Assembly (NCBI GenBank): GCA_964570265.1
Contig: CAZMXO010000001.1
Span: 1 to 41,772, forward strand
Origin: an uncultured bacterium
GTDB taxonomy: Bacteria; JAHJDO01
Reading direction: 5' to 3'
DNA length: 41,772 nucleotides
This document shows positions 23,687 through 33,530 of the stretch, one piece after another (within the stretch, counting starts at the first letter, position 1; each line of letters starts with the position of its first letter). Position numbers and translations under genes: made by a program. The notes under the pieces are model-generated. The model was not told the origin of the DNA. It was given only the letters and a program-made list of their open reading frames with translations, and made no database searches.

Positions 23687-24811
23687 TTAATCAAGCGCCA
23701 ATACAGCTTCGAGTTTTCTGAGCTGAGTATTAAAGTCGAATTTTTTGGCTGTCTCACGCCCATTTTGACCTAGCTTAATTATTAATTCTTTCCTTTCAAT
23801 AAGCTGTTTCATTTTCCCGGCAAGGTCTTCCGCGTTGTCCGCCTCAAAAAGCAGTCCATTATAATTATCTTTAATGTAATCATTCATTGGTCTGATATCT
23901 GCGCAGATAATCGGAAGTGAGTGAAACCATGCTTCTATATAAACATTACCAAGTCCCTCGCTAATGGAAGGAAACACAAACGCATCAAACAGGTTGTAAA
24001 AATCATGCGGATACTGCTGATGTCCTGTAAATATTACACTATCTTCCAGTTTCAGTTGCTCAACCAGTTCCTTCAGTTTTCGCTCGTCTTTACCACCTCC
24101 TACGATAATGAGAACACAGTTCGGATGCACTCCCAAAATCATGGAGAAGGCTTTAATCAGAACACTCTGTCGCTTTGTGGGGATTAGCATCCCCATGTTT
24201 CCAAAAACAAAACGACTAGCGATTCTTTCTCGCAGTTTATTTTGTGGATCCTGTACAGATTCTTCAGGAATCCCGTCTTCTATAACGATTACTTTCTGAG
24301 GATTTACGCCTGATGTTTTTATAAGATCGTCTTGCAAATAAGTTGAAACACAGACAATTTTATAGGTCCATTTTGAACATAACCAATCCAAAAACCTCTG
24401 TTTAAGAGATCGTTTGTGGATAACTCCTCCGCGTTCCATTGCCACTATTCTTCTGCCCATAGGTGGAAAACTTGCCAGCCTGCCAAAATAGTGTGATATA
24501 GGTTGAACGCATAAAATAACACCGTATTTTTTAGCAAGAAGAAATTTATGAAATTTATAAAAATTCTTCATGGAAACCCGAATTTTTTGAGATTTCGTGC
24601 TATAATATACGGGAATGAAGTGTACTACGAATCCCTTTGACTGATACGCTTCCACTCTTTCTCTAATAAATCTCCGGAGTACACAAACCTCCACGTCATA
24701 ACCTTTTTCTCTCAAATAAATCATTAGCTCTAACGTTCGTCTCTCAACCCCGGCATTAAAGAATAAAGAATTAAGAATGATAATTATCTTATTACTTTTA
24801 AATGAAATCAA
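23687..24811 (-). CDS. Glycosyltransferase family 4 (GT-B)
   Basis: 374 aa with a TTG start. C-terminal EX7E region PSISEGLGNVYIEAWFHSLPIICADIRP. Confidence 0.8.
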   Translation of the reverse strand: MISFKSNKIIIILNSLFFNAGVERRTLELMIYLREKGYDVEVCVLRRFIRERVEAYQSKGFVVHFIPVYYSTKSQKIRVSMKNFYKFHKFLLAKKYGVILCVQPISHYFGRLASFPPMGRRIVAMERGGVIHKRSLKQRFLDWLCSKWTYKIVCVSTYLQDDLIKTSGVNPQKVIVIEDGIPEESVQDPQNKLRERIASRFVFGNMGMLIPTKRQSVLIKAFSMILGVHPNCVLIIVGGGKDERKLKELVEQLKLEDSVIFTGHQQYPHDFYNLFDAFVFPSISEGLGNVYIEAWFHSLPIICADIRPMNDYIKDNYNGLLFEADNAEDLAGKMKQLIERKELIIKLGQNGRETAKKFDFNTQLRKLEAVLALD

Positions 24812-24847
24812 TTTTATCTTATATCCTCTTCAATTCAGAATAAAATT

Positions 24848-25861
24848 TTATTTATTTGATTTTATGTGAGAAATTATGTCTGCTGCTAATACCCTTGCCT
24901 GAAAGGTGGTTAGATTCCATCGACCATCAACGCCAAGCCGGGGAATCATGAAATTATCACAATCCCTATCTACATAATCCATCTCAGTGGTCAGTGCACC
25001 ATGGAATCCTGCATTTAAAACAGCTTGTGGGCACCTTTTGTCAAGATATTTTCTTTTCCCGAAAGGATAGGCAAACCTGGTTATTTTCTGACCACTCCAC
25101 TCTTGCAATAGACGGCGTCCCTCTTTCACTTCTCTATCAAGTTTCTTGTCAGAACATAAAGCTAGATTGGCATGAGAGTGTGAATGCGCGCCCAATCGGA
25201 GCAGGGGAGAACGGCTTGCATCTGTAATATCAGATACTCGCGCCATCTCATTTTCGGGCAACTCCAGATGCGGTTCGACTGCTTTACGTAGATTTTTAAT
25301 TAGTTCATCTCTTCTCAGGGAAGATAAGTTCTTGAAACGATCCGACAGCAGATAAAAAAACCTTGATTTTTCTGTGCGATATCCTAGTTTGAATGAATAA
25401 TGTTCTTGTAATCCATCAAATTCAAGCAAAGAATTCCATTTCTTTGCAATATGCAAGAGAAGGTCCCACCATGGAAGATTTTGGGGTTCTGTAACAAATT
25501 GGGTGGTAATAAACCAGTGCATGGGAATATTGAGTTTTTTGCATATTGGAAGTCCGTAGGATAGATTACTGGCATATCCATCATCAAAAGTAACAGCAAC
25601 CAACCATTTCTCGGATTTGATATTATTATTCAATAGTGTGCTCAGGGGAACAAAATCAGCAAAACTACTCAGCCATTTCATCTCATCTTCAAATAGTTTC
25701 ACATCAAGGATGTTTTCGCATAGCTCAGGACATTCATTCTCACAATCAACTGATCTGAAATCTTTTAAGTTATGGAAATTGAGTATAATCTTTTTGGGAG
25801 AAAAGGATTTTCGAATCACGGCAAGTTTGCTTACTGTCCTATCAAATACATGCTTGAGCAC
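24848..25861 (-). CDS. Polysaccharide deacetylase (CE4/NodB homology domain)
   Basis: 337 aa. NodB motif 1 VAVTFDDGY and a His-rich motif GAHSHSHANL. Confidence 0.75.
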   Translation of the reverse strand: MLKHVFDRTVSKLAVIRKSFSPKKIILNFHNLKDFRSVDCENECPELCENILDVKLFEDEMKWLSSFADFVPLSTLLNNNIKSEKWLVAVTFDDGYASNLSYGLPICKKLNIPMHWFITTQFVTEPQNLPWWDLLLHIAKKWNSLLEFDGLQEHYSFKLGYRTEKSRFFYLLSDRFKNLSSLRRDELIKNLRKAVEPHLELPENEMARVSDITDASRSPLLRLGAHSHSHANLALCSDKKLDREVKEGRRLLQEWSGQKITRFAYPFGKRKYLDKRCPQAVLNAGFHGALTTEMDYVDRDCDNFMIPRLGVDGRWNLTTFQARVLAADIISHIKSNK

Positions 25862-25895
25862 TGTTTCTCCATATAAAAAAATAACTTATATAGTA

Positions 25896-26615
25896 TTAGA
25901 AAACGGATTTTGCCAATCTATATATAAGTGAATAAAATTTCGTGTAGTTATAATATGTTCGCAGTACACCTCCGAAAGTCTCCTTAAATCTATTAATACC
26001 ATTCCGGGGGTCATTTTTATTTTTCCCTGCATAATATCCGCCAAAATCAAATTCAACCAGCCCCTTCCTGTGGGCATATTGAATGGTCTCCCAGATAATT
26101 AGCCTGTTTGCTGCCCCTATGAGAACTCTCGTCTCTTCATTTGCCTCCAAGCGCTTTGAACCCCCTATGAGGCATCTCAAGTGTCTTTCGTCTTCAATGA
26201 TGAGCATACCAGCTAATAATTCTTCATTCAAAGAGGCGGTAAAAAGTGTACTATGACTCATATAATTTTTAATGTGATCTGAAAAACCAGAAAAATTCTT
26301 CGATTTAGAAAATTTCTGGTACAAGAGTAAAAATTCACGATGGTGCTTGTTTTGTTCCACCTTTATCCCCTCCCTCTGACCCCTTTTGATACCCTGACGA
26401 CACGTCCTTTTCATCCCCGCCCAAATGGCATCAAGTCCCTTTGTAAGATCAATAACCAGAGTTGCGGATTCTTTTTTATGAAAATTCTTGATCGTGACAT
26501 CTTTTTTTGTAGCATAAAAAAAGGCAGCATCACAATTCGCTACATCAAAGGGGACATCCGCAAACCAATAATTGGTTTTTTTAAAAAATAATTTGCGTTC
26601 TGTTATACATTTCAT
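25896..26615 (-). CDS. FemAB-related / GNAT-fold (Acetyltransf_6-like) acyl- or aminoacyl-transferase
   Basis: 239 aa. The C-terminal half (LIGGSKRLEANEETRVLIGAANRLIIWETIQYAHRKGLVEFDFGG...NGINRFKETFGG) resembles FemAB-related proteins found in EPS loci. Confidence 0.55.
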   Translation of the reverse strand: MKCITERKLFFKKTNYWFADVPFDVANCDAAFFYATKKDVTIKNFHKKESATLVIDLTKGLDAIWAGMKRTCRQGIKRGQREGIKVEQNKHHREFLLLYQKFSKSKNFSGFSDHIKNYMSHSTLFTASLNEELLAGMLIIEDERHLRCLIGGSKRLEANEETRVLIGAANRLIIWETIQYAHRKGLVEFDFGGYYAGKNKNDPRNGINRFKETFGGVLRTYYNYTKFYSLIYRLAKSVF

Positions 26616-26628
26616 ATTATATCCTCTC

Positions 26629-26712
26629 CAATCTTGTTCGTTTAAAGAGAATTTCTTTCACTGCTGAAAGTATGCCTCTAACTCGATCATATTCCGTTTT
26701 TTTCATTGATAA
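26629..26712 (-). pseudogene. 84-bp remnant identical to the 3-prime end of the GT2 gene at 29278-30234
   Basis: A base-by-base comparison shows 26629-26712 equals 29293-29376. On the minus strand it would encode ...SMKKTEYDRVRGILSAVKEILFKRTRLERI-stop, and that stop sits one base before the ATG of the FemAB-like gene. There is no upstream ORF body. Confidence 0.85.
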
Positions 26713-26771
26713 ATTTGTCTTGCCCTGTCTTCTTTGCCTTTTCCGCAAACTGTCAAACTTCGGTTTATATT

Positions 26772-28142
26772 TTATTTTGTTGCCTTGATTCCTTTTGAAG
26801 CAATTTTCCTGATCGTTGGAATTAAGTCATGAATAATTTTAGCAAAAAGTCTATAAAATTGATAGTGTTGTAATAATCGCTCATAAAGGATAATTTGCAA
26901 ATATTTTGGCTTTCCCCAACAAGTTCGTAATCTGCGTTTGTAATCTTGCTCGAATAAAATTATTTCATCTTGAGTTGGTGGGCAAGAAATACTTTTACGC
27001 TTTTGTATTAAGTTTAAATCAACTAGAAAACCCTTAGAACCCAATAGCTGAAGGTAAATTCTTTCAATCTTCTGTACATTTTTCCTGACTTCATAATTTT
27101 CTTTTACTTTTAAATAAGCTGCTTTCCCCATTTTTTGTCTTTTATGTTTATCTAAAAGCAGGTCTGCAACAGCCTCTGCATAAGCCTTTGCATTATTTGC
27201 AATGTAACCAGTCTTATTATAGTCAATGAGTTCAACTTGAGCATTATCCGCAAGGGGTGTTGAATCACAGACAACAGGTTTCATGCAAGCCATTGCCTCA
27301 GCTATTACAAGTCCAAAAGACTCTCCGGCGATAGGAGTAGAAGAATGCACGAATACGTCAATTAAGGATAAAAATTTAATTACCTCTTTTGTATCGGATG
27401 TTGGTTCTAAAAAAATAAAATAGTCCCTTAATCCCATCTTATAAATTTTCTGCATCCTTTTCTGTGGGAATCCCAATGCCAAATATTTAACATTAGGAAT
27501 TAACTTTATAAGGTGAGGTATCATTTCAATACATATATTTCCCCATTTGCTTGGGCTGGGACGACCATGTCTACCGATTACGAAAGAATTTTCGGGTATC
27601 CCATATTGCTTACGTATCTCCTTTATCTGACTAGTTGATAATTTATGATTTTTGAACTGAGATAGGTCAATAGGGTTATATAATACATCATGTCTTCTAA
27701 AGAATTCTCTCCATGATATTTTTAGCCATTGTTTATATCTTATTGCGCACATTTTGCTTACTAGAAAAATTTTATCGATAAACTTTGCAGAGGGTTTTAA
27801 ATCGGGTGTTCCAAAAATATTAGTTTCGACTATGATTGGTATTCCTGCATCACGAGCAGCTTCTATTGCAAATGGGTCACAAGCTGCATGCCTATGAACA
27901 TGCAAAATATGGATATTTTTTTTCTTCATTAACTTTATCAGTTCTTTCCTGTTTCCCTTAACGACATATACCTCAAATCCCTTTTTTTTGAGGAGTTCGC
28001 CTCTCACACCCCCCTCATATAAACCGCACACTATTACATTAAATATTTCTTTATTCAGATACTCTGAGTAAAGTTGGAGGGTCTTTTCTGTCCCTCCAAT
28101 ACTTAAACGATTTGTTACCTGAAGAACATTAATTTTTCTCAT
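26772..28142 (-). CDS. Glycosyltransferase family 4 with a ~90-aa C-terminal extension
   Basis: 456 aa. N-terminal GT4 donor-fold start (VLQVTNRLSIGGTEK) and EX7E region GESFGLVIAEAMACMKPVV. Confidence 0.8.
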   Translation of the reverse strand: MRKINVLQVTNRLSIGGTEKTLQLYSEYLNKEIFNVIVCGLYEGGVRGELLKKKGFEVYVVKGNRKELIKLMKKKNIHILHVHRHAACDPFAIEAARDAGIPIIVETNIFGTPDLKPSAKFIDKIFLVSKMCAIRYKQWLKISWREFFRRHDVLYNPIDLSQFKNHKLSTSQIKEIRKQYGIPENSFVIGRHGRPSPSKWGNICIEMIPHLIKLIPNVKYLALGFPQKRMQKIYKMGLRDYFIFLEPTSDTKEVIKFLSLIDVFVHSSTPIAGESFGLVIAEAMACMKPVVCDSTPLADNAQVELIDYNKTGYIANNAKAYAEAVADLLLDKHKRQKMGKAAYLKVKENYEVRKNVQKIERIYLQLLGSKGFLVDLNLIQKRKSISCPPTQDEIILFEQDYKRRLRTCWGKPKYLQIILYERLLQHYQFYRLFAKIIHDLIPTIRKIASKGIKATK

Positions 28143-28198
28143 TTGTAACCATCCTTATTTGCTAATTATTACCTTTCTTCTTAAAATAATTTAACATT

Positions 28199-29143
28199 TT
28201 AATCTATTTTCCCTGACAAAGCATCTCTTAAAGCTGACAAAATTCCTTTTACTCGATACACTTCACTCATATCAAAAGAAAAGATCATCATGATGATCCT
28301 TTTTAAGATATATCCTGAGAGAGCATAGTAAAAGAAAATCCAACTCCACCATCCTTTTTTTATATTATTTTTGAAAAAGCGATATTTCCCAAAGATAATA
28401 TCACGGCTTAATTTCCATTTGTTGTATCCAATCTTAGGGGCCGCATAGTGAAAGAGCTTAGCATCCGGATTGATCACAAGCCTGTATTTTCTTGAAACCT
28501 GATATGAAAAGTCCTTATCCTCACTTCTGCCGTAGTCCTGGTATTCTTCAGAAAAGGAAGTTTCATTGAAGACCTTTTTTCTAAAAGAAGATGCACATCC
28601 ATACAAAAAGTCTACTTTGCTAATATGCCGGGGAGAATTTCCTGTAGTGCCAAAATCTGTGGAATAACCCGAAATAAGCACCCTTCCCTCACGTAATCCT
28701 GCGAGCAGAAAAGCTATCTCATACAAGCGAAACAGGCGATGGACAAGTTTCAATGGTTTATGATTGGCGATAAAACCCCCGACACCACCTATAATATTTT
28801 CTTTATCAAGTTCATACACGTTTAAGATTTTTTCAATGTAATCCGGGAATAGTTTTACATCATCATCTAAAAAAAATATTATCTCTCCGAAGGAGAGTTT
28901 AACCCCTGCATTTCTCGATGCTGCTGGTCCTCGGATGTTCTTTTTAATGTTCTTTTTATGGAAAATACAGCGAATGCCAGCATCCTTGCATTCGTTTAAC
29001 AAAGGAAATCCAGGAAGGTCGCCGTCGTCAACGACAATTATCTCATTAGGTTTGACTGACTGGTCCAAAATTGATTGTATGCAATTTTCCAGATCATGGG
29101 GTCTATTATAAGTAGGAATTACGACGCTTATTTTGAGTCCCAT
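28199..29143 (-). CDS. Glycosyltransferase family 2 (paralog A)
   Basis: 314 aa. Contains VVIPTYNRPHDL, VVDDG and a DDD (DxD) motif in FFLDDDV. Confidence 0.85.
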   Translation of the reverse strand: MGLKISVVIPTYNRPHDLENCIQSILDQSVKPNEIIVVDDGDLPGFPLLNECKDAGIRCIFHKKNIKKNIRGPAASRNAGVKLSFGEIIFFLDDDVKLFPDYIEKILNVYELDKENIIGGVGGFIANHKPLKLVHRLFRLYEIAFLLAGLREGRVLISGYSTDFGTTGNSPRHISKVDFLYGCASSFRKKVFNETSFSEEYQDYGRSEDKDFSYQVSRKYRLVINPDAKLFHYAAPKIGYNKWKLSRDIIFGKYRFFKNNIKKGWWSWIFFYYALSGYILKRIIMMIFSFDMSEVYRVKGILSALRDALSGKID

Positions 29144-29277
29144 CTTTAATAATCCTTAAACTTCAGGTCTCGGAGTGCAGATCAACTCTTGAATGACTTG
29201 AGGTATCTGAACCCACGGAGTGCCCGGTTTGGTATCACTTTCTTCACCAGCAATTTCTATCTCTTCAAAAATACATC

Positions 29278-30234
29278 TTATAATATTCTCTTCAATCTTG
29301 TTCGTTTAAAGAGAATTTCTTTCACTGCTGAAAGTATGCCTCTAACTCGATCATATTCCGTTTTTTTCATTGATAATATCAAAATGTATGTTCTGATAAG
29401 AACATACCCGGTCACTGCATAGATGTAGTAAATCCAATCAATCTGTCTTTTTTTGACACACTCCTTGAATAGAAAGTATCTGGATAAGACAAATGCTTTT
29501 CCTTTGATAAATTTATTGTATCCGATCTTCTTTGCCGGATAGTGATAAAAACGAGCTTTTGTGTTAATCAACAAGCTATACTGCTTCGAAACTAGATAAG
29601 GGAATTCTTTATCCTCGCCTTGACCATACCCACTTTGTGTTTGATATTTTTCTGAAAACTGAAAAGAATCAAATACTTCTTTTCGGAAGGCACTTCCGCC
29701 ACCCGGCAGAAAATCAACCTCGTGAATCCCCTTTAGCGGGAATTTGGTCTGTCCATAATCCGTACTGAATCCGGAACGAAGGATTTTTCCTTCACGAAAT
29801 CCCACGATTAAAAATATCTGATAAAAGAACCTCAGAATTTTTTTCTCGGTTTTGGAAAAATCAAGATTGTGAATGACGCCACCAACTCCTCCAACTGACT
29901 TATTGGAATACTTTTTGTAAGTTTTCATAATCTGTTCAAAAAAATCATCAAATAAGACAATGTCGTCTTCAAGAAGAAAAATAATGTCTCCTGTTGAGAG
30001 ACGAGCTCCCATGTTTCGCGACTGAGTAACTCCCGGGATCTCTTTTTTTATATATTTCAATTCAATCCCGTTTTGCTCACACTCCGCTTTGAGAGGCACC
30101 TCATTGAGGTTACCGTCATCAATGATAATTATTTCATCAGGTTTGACTGACTGGTTCAAAATGGATTGGATGCAATTTGTTAACTCTTGAGGTCTATTAT
30201 AAGTGGGAATTATAGCGCTTATTTTGAGCCCCAT
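29278..30234 (-). CDS. Glycosyltransferase family 2 (paralog B)
   Basis: 318 aa. Colinear with paralog A from the first residue (MGLKISAIIPTYNRPQELTNCIQSILNQSVKPDEIIIIDDGNL), with a DxD motif in LLEDDIV. Confidence 0.85.
   Translation of the reverse strand: MGLKISAIIPTYNRPQELTNCIQSILNQSVKPDEIIIIDDGNLNEVPLKAECEQNGIELKYIKKEIPGVTQSRNMGARLSTGDIIFLLEDDIVLFDDFFEQIMKTYKKYSNKSVGGVGGVIHNLDFSKTEKKILRFFYQIFLIVGFREGKILRSGFSTDYGQTKFPLKGIHEVDFLPGGGSAFRKEVFDSFQFSEKYQTQSGYGQGEDKEFPYLVSKQYSLLINTKARFYHYPAKKIGYNKFIKGKAFVLSRYFLFKECVKKRQIDWIYYIYAVTGYVLIRTYILILSMKKTEYDRVRGILSAVKEILFKRTRLKRIL
29293..29376 (-). repeat. Intact-gene copy of the 84-bp sequence duplicated at 26629-26712
   Basis: An exact 84/84 match read from the sequence. 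It lies inside the last ~31 codons of GT2 paralog B. Confidence 0.9.
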
Positions 30235-30237
30235 TTC

Positions 30238-30981
30238 TTAAAAATCCTTTCTTAAAACATAATAAAGGTCATGACTGAAGTATTCTTCCATGAACGGGAT
30301 TTTACTGATCCACGAGAATATTTTAGACATTAACCTGTCGCCATGATTTACTTTGAAATAAAGAATAGTCCATCCTTTTTTATTGGATAACCTTTTGTAA
30401 TCAGCAAGTGACATCTTATTAAGCCCTAGGTCGTGTATTGAATTTATTTTCTCTTTCCTGTGCATGCTCACCCATTTTATTAGCATTGATTCCGGCAAAA
30501 TTAAATGTCCCCACGGAATTGGCATTTTCATTCTTTTATGTCCCCCGTATGGGCTTCTGTAAAGCGGACCAAAACCTGTATAAAGCTTTCCCCTTACCTT
30601 AAGCGATTTATACATCTTAACTAATTCTTCTTCCAGATTCATTATATGCTCAAAAGCATCTTCCGAAATTATATAGTCAAAACAATCTTGCTCTTTGTAA
30701 CTCATTAAATCAGTGTTTGAAAAATCAATTTTATCCTTAAGTTCCGGATAATACATTGTTAGATACTCATTAGCAAAATCAATGCACTTGGGGTTGATAT
30801 CTATCCCTACAACCTTTTTTGCTCCAGATAGAGCCATATCAAAGCACAATTGACCATAGCCACATCCAACCTCAAGGACATGAGCGTCCTTGAGATCCGG
30901 TTTTCCTCCTAACCTCGACCAAAAACTGGCTGTTTTGCCTTGCCTTTTATGGAAATAATCCTTTTCTATATGGTCTAACAT
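30238..30981 (-). CDS. Class I SAM-dependent methyltransferase
   Basis: 247 aa. Motif I VLEVGCGYGQLC and post-I VVGIDINP. Confidence 0.8.
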   Translation of the reverse strand: MLDHIEKDYFHKRQGKTASFWSRLGGKPDLKDAHVLEVGCGYGQLCFDMALSGAKKVVGIDINPKCIDFANEYLTMYYPELKDKIDFSNTDLMSYKEQDCFDYIISEDAFEHIMNLEEELVKMYKSLKVRGKLYTGFGPLYRSPYGGHKRMKMPIPWGHLILPESMLIKWVSMHRKEKINSIHDLGLNKMSLADYKRLSNKKGWTILYFKVNHGDRLMSKIFSWISKIPFMEEYFSHDLYYVLRKDF

Positions 30982-30999
30982 TTAGTCAATAACCTCCAT

Positions 31000-32304
31000 T
31001 TACTCCCTTCCCACTCCAAAATATTCAAATCCTTCCTCTTTCATTAATTCAGGTTCATAAATATTTCTTCCATCAAAAACCACTTTTTCTTTCATTTCCT
31101 GACCTAATTCAGAAAAATTAATATTCCTAAATTCGTCCCATTCTGTTAATAGAAGAATGGCTGAACTATCTTTTATAGAACTAACTAAAGAATCACAGTA
31201 ATTTATTCGGTTCTTAAAAATTTTCTTAGCTTCCTCCATGGCAATTGGATCATAAACCTTAAGTATAGCTCTCCTCTCTAATAATTCTTTAATTAAGATC
31301 AAAGAAGGGGCTTCCCTAATGTCACTTGTTTGAGGTTTGAAACTTAAACCCCATATTGTAATTGTTTTCCCAGACAAATCTTCTCCAAATTTACTGGCTA
31401 ACTTCTGAATTAAAAGTTTCTTTTGTTTTTCGTTAAGCAAATCGACTTGTTTTAGTAAAGAAGCATCATAACCATGTTCACTGGCTGCATAAATTAAAGC
31501 CCGTACATCTTTGGGAAAACAACTTCCTCCATAACCAACGCCCGGATTGAGAAATTTAGAATTAATTCTGTAATCAAGCCCCATTGCTTGAGCGACAATT
31601 TTAACATCTGCTCCTACTTGGTCACAAATATTAGCAATTTCATTAATAAAACTAATTTTTGTAGCTAAAAAAGAATTATTGGCGTATTTAATTACCTCCG
31701 CTGTCTCCCAATCTGTTTCTAAGATAGGGATATATGTCCTAATCCTTCCTGTATACACTTTACGCAGAAGAGAATAAGCTTTATCTGTTTTGACTCCAAT
31801 AACAATTTTATCGGGATGAGTAAAGTCGTGAACAGCTTTTCCTTCTGCTAAGAATTCCGGATTGGAAACGAGTTCTACCTGTGAAATAGGATTGACTCGT
31901 TTAATTATATCATCGCATTTCCTAGCTGTTCCGGGAGGAACAGTGCTTTTGTTAACGAGAATATTATACCCTTGAGCATGTTTTCCTACTGATTCAGCAA
32001 CAGAAAAAACATATTCAAGATTAGCTGAACCTTCTTCTTTTTCAGGAGTACCAACACAATTGAAAATTACTTCTCCAAACCGAATAGCCTCTTCTGTGTT
32101 TGTGGTAAAGCATAATTTCCCCCTTTGCTTGTTGATTGAGACTAATTCTTTTAATCCCGGTTCGTAGAAGGGAATAGTTCCTTCATTCAATTGCTTTATT
32201 TTATTTTCATCCATATCACAACAGACAATATCATGCCCGACATTTGCCAAACAGGTACCGGTTACCAAGCCTACGTAGCCTACGCCCATACAGGTAATTT
32301 TCAT
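31000..32304 (-). CDS. ugd: UDP-glucose 6-dehydrogenase
   Basis: 434 aa. N-terminal Rossmann motif MGVGYVGLVTG, catalytic Cys context GGSCFPKD, and family-typical length. Confidence 0.85.
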   Translation of the reverse strand: MKITCMGVGYVGLVTGTCLANVGHDIVCCDMDENKIKQLNEGTIPFYEPGLKELVSINKQRGKLCFTTNTEEAIRFGEVIFNCVGTPEKEEGSANLEYVFSVAESVGKHAQGYNILVNKSTVPPGTARKCDDIIKRVNPISQVELVSNPEFLAEGKAVHDFTHPDKIVIGVKTDKAYSLLRKVYTGRIRTYIPILETDWETAEVIKYANNSFLATKISFINEIANICDQVGADVKIVAQAMGLDYRINSKFLNPGVGYGGSCFPKDVRALIYAASEHGYDASLLKQVDLLNEKQKKLLIQKLASKFGEDLSGKTITIWGLSFKPQTSDIREAPSLILIKELLERRAILKVYDPIAMEEAKKIFKNRINYCDSLVSSIKDSSAILLLTEWDEFRNINFSELGQEMKEKVVFDGRNIYEPELMKEEGFEYFGVGRE

Positions 32305-32321
32305 TTTTTATAAATCCTTCT

Positions 32322-33530
32322 CTATTGTGGAAATTGAATCAATGCTCTCCATTGGTCAAGGCAATGTTCAGATGAAAACATTTTAGTCCTTTCCTGAGCC
32401 GCCTGTCCATATTTTTTTCTGAGCTTGTCGTCTTCAAGCAGCTTAATAATGGCTGAAACCAACGGACTTTCAGGTGATGAAATATCGCTTTTTAGTTTCT
32501 GATCAAGGCGAGGTATTAGTATTCCATGCGGACTATAATATATCTTTGTAATCTTTTCATCAAAGTGGTATTTGTTGGTCAGTATTTCTCTTGGTCCGCT
32601 GGGGCAGTCGGTAGAAATAACAGGAATACCAAGGGTCATGGCTTCTAAAAGTGCGTTGGGAAATCCTTCAATTAGGGATGGAAGGACAAAGAGAGTAGCC
32701 CTTGCCACCCATGCGAAAGGGTTAGCCTGATACCCGGGAAAGCAGACTGCCTCATCAAGTCCCAACTGATGAGTTAAATCAACAAGTTGTTCTTTAAGCG
32801 GACCATCTCCCAGAATGGCTAGCCGAACCTCTGGATGGTGCTTTTGCACTTCTTTGAATGCCTGGAGGAGAAAGCGGTGTCCTTTAATCGGTATAAGACG
32901 ACCGCATGTAATCACGACCCTATTCTCAAATAGAGTTTCATAGCCGTGAGGCAATGGTTTCCTGCCCAGGGACTGAATACTCTTTTGATCACAATAATTG
33001 TATATGACGGATATCTTTCTCTCATCAACGGCGAACAGCGAACGAAAATCACTGGCTGCCTGCCTGGAATTAAAATTGATAACATCTGCCCGTCTAAGGA
33101 GAAGCGGATAGAAAAATCTGATAAGACCTCGTTTCACAAAAGGTTTATTTCTCAAAGCTATGGACAGATGGGTGCGAATTGAGATGATGCGTAGAAATTT
33201 TCCTAATGTAAGCATATTGAGGATATTGGCACGCTCCATAAAACTGACTAGAACCTGACAGTTGAGTCTTTTTAGGACTCGCTGCAGTTTCAGCCACTGC
33301 CACGGTACCATAAAAACCTTGCGTAAGGTTCCCCAGCGTACATTGGCTTGACTCAGGTGTATGATTCGTTGGGAGTGAATTGGTATCTCTACATTGCGAT
33401 CCAAGGTAAGAAGATATACATCCAAATCCTGTGCTTGAAAACTATCCAGTAAACGCAGAGCCATGCTCTGAGCTCCTCCTTGCTCCAGAGAACCGATTAG
33501 TATACACACTGTTATTGATGATTTACTCAT
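32322..33530 (-). CDS. Glycosyltransferase family 4
   Basis: 402 aa. EX7E region PSLIEGFPNALLEAMTLGIPVISTDCPSGPREIL. Confidence 0.8.
   Translation of the reverse strand: MSKSSITVCILIGSLEQGGAQSMALRLLDSFQAQDLDVYLLTLDRNVEIPIHSQRIIHLSQANVRWGTLRKVFMVPWQWLKLQRVLKRLNCQVLVSFMERANILNMLTLGKFLRIISIRTHLSIALRNKPFVKRGLIRFFYPLLLRRADVINFNSRQAASDFRSLFAVDERKISVIYNYCDQKSIQSLGRKPLPHGYETLFENRVVITCGRLIPIKGHRFLLQAFKEVQKHHPEVRLAILGDGPLKEQLVDLTHQLGLDEAVCFPGYQANPFAWVARATLFVLPSLIEGFPNALLEAMTLGIPVISTDCPSGPREILTNKYHFDEKITKIYYSPHGILIPRLDQKLKSDISSPESPLVSAIIKLLEDDKLRKKYGQAAQERTKMFSSEHCLDQWRALIQFPQ

Noticed and set aside
29144-29277. Spacer between the two GT2 paralogs as a second gene remnant or small ORF
   Set aside because: I could not match it to any other part of the window. 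Its longest open frame (~45 codons) lacks a convincing start. It is left unannotated.
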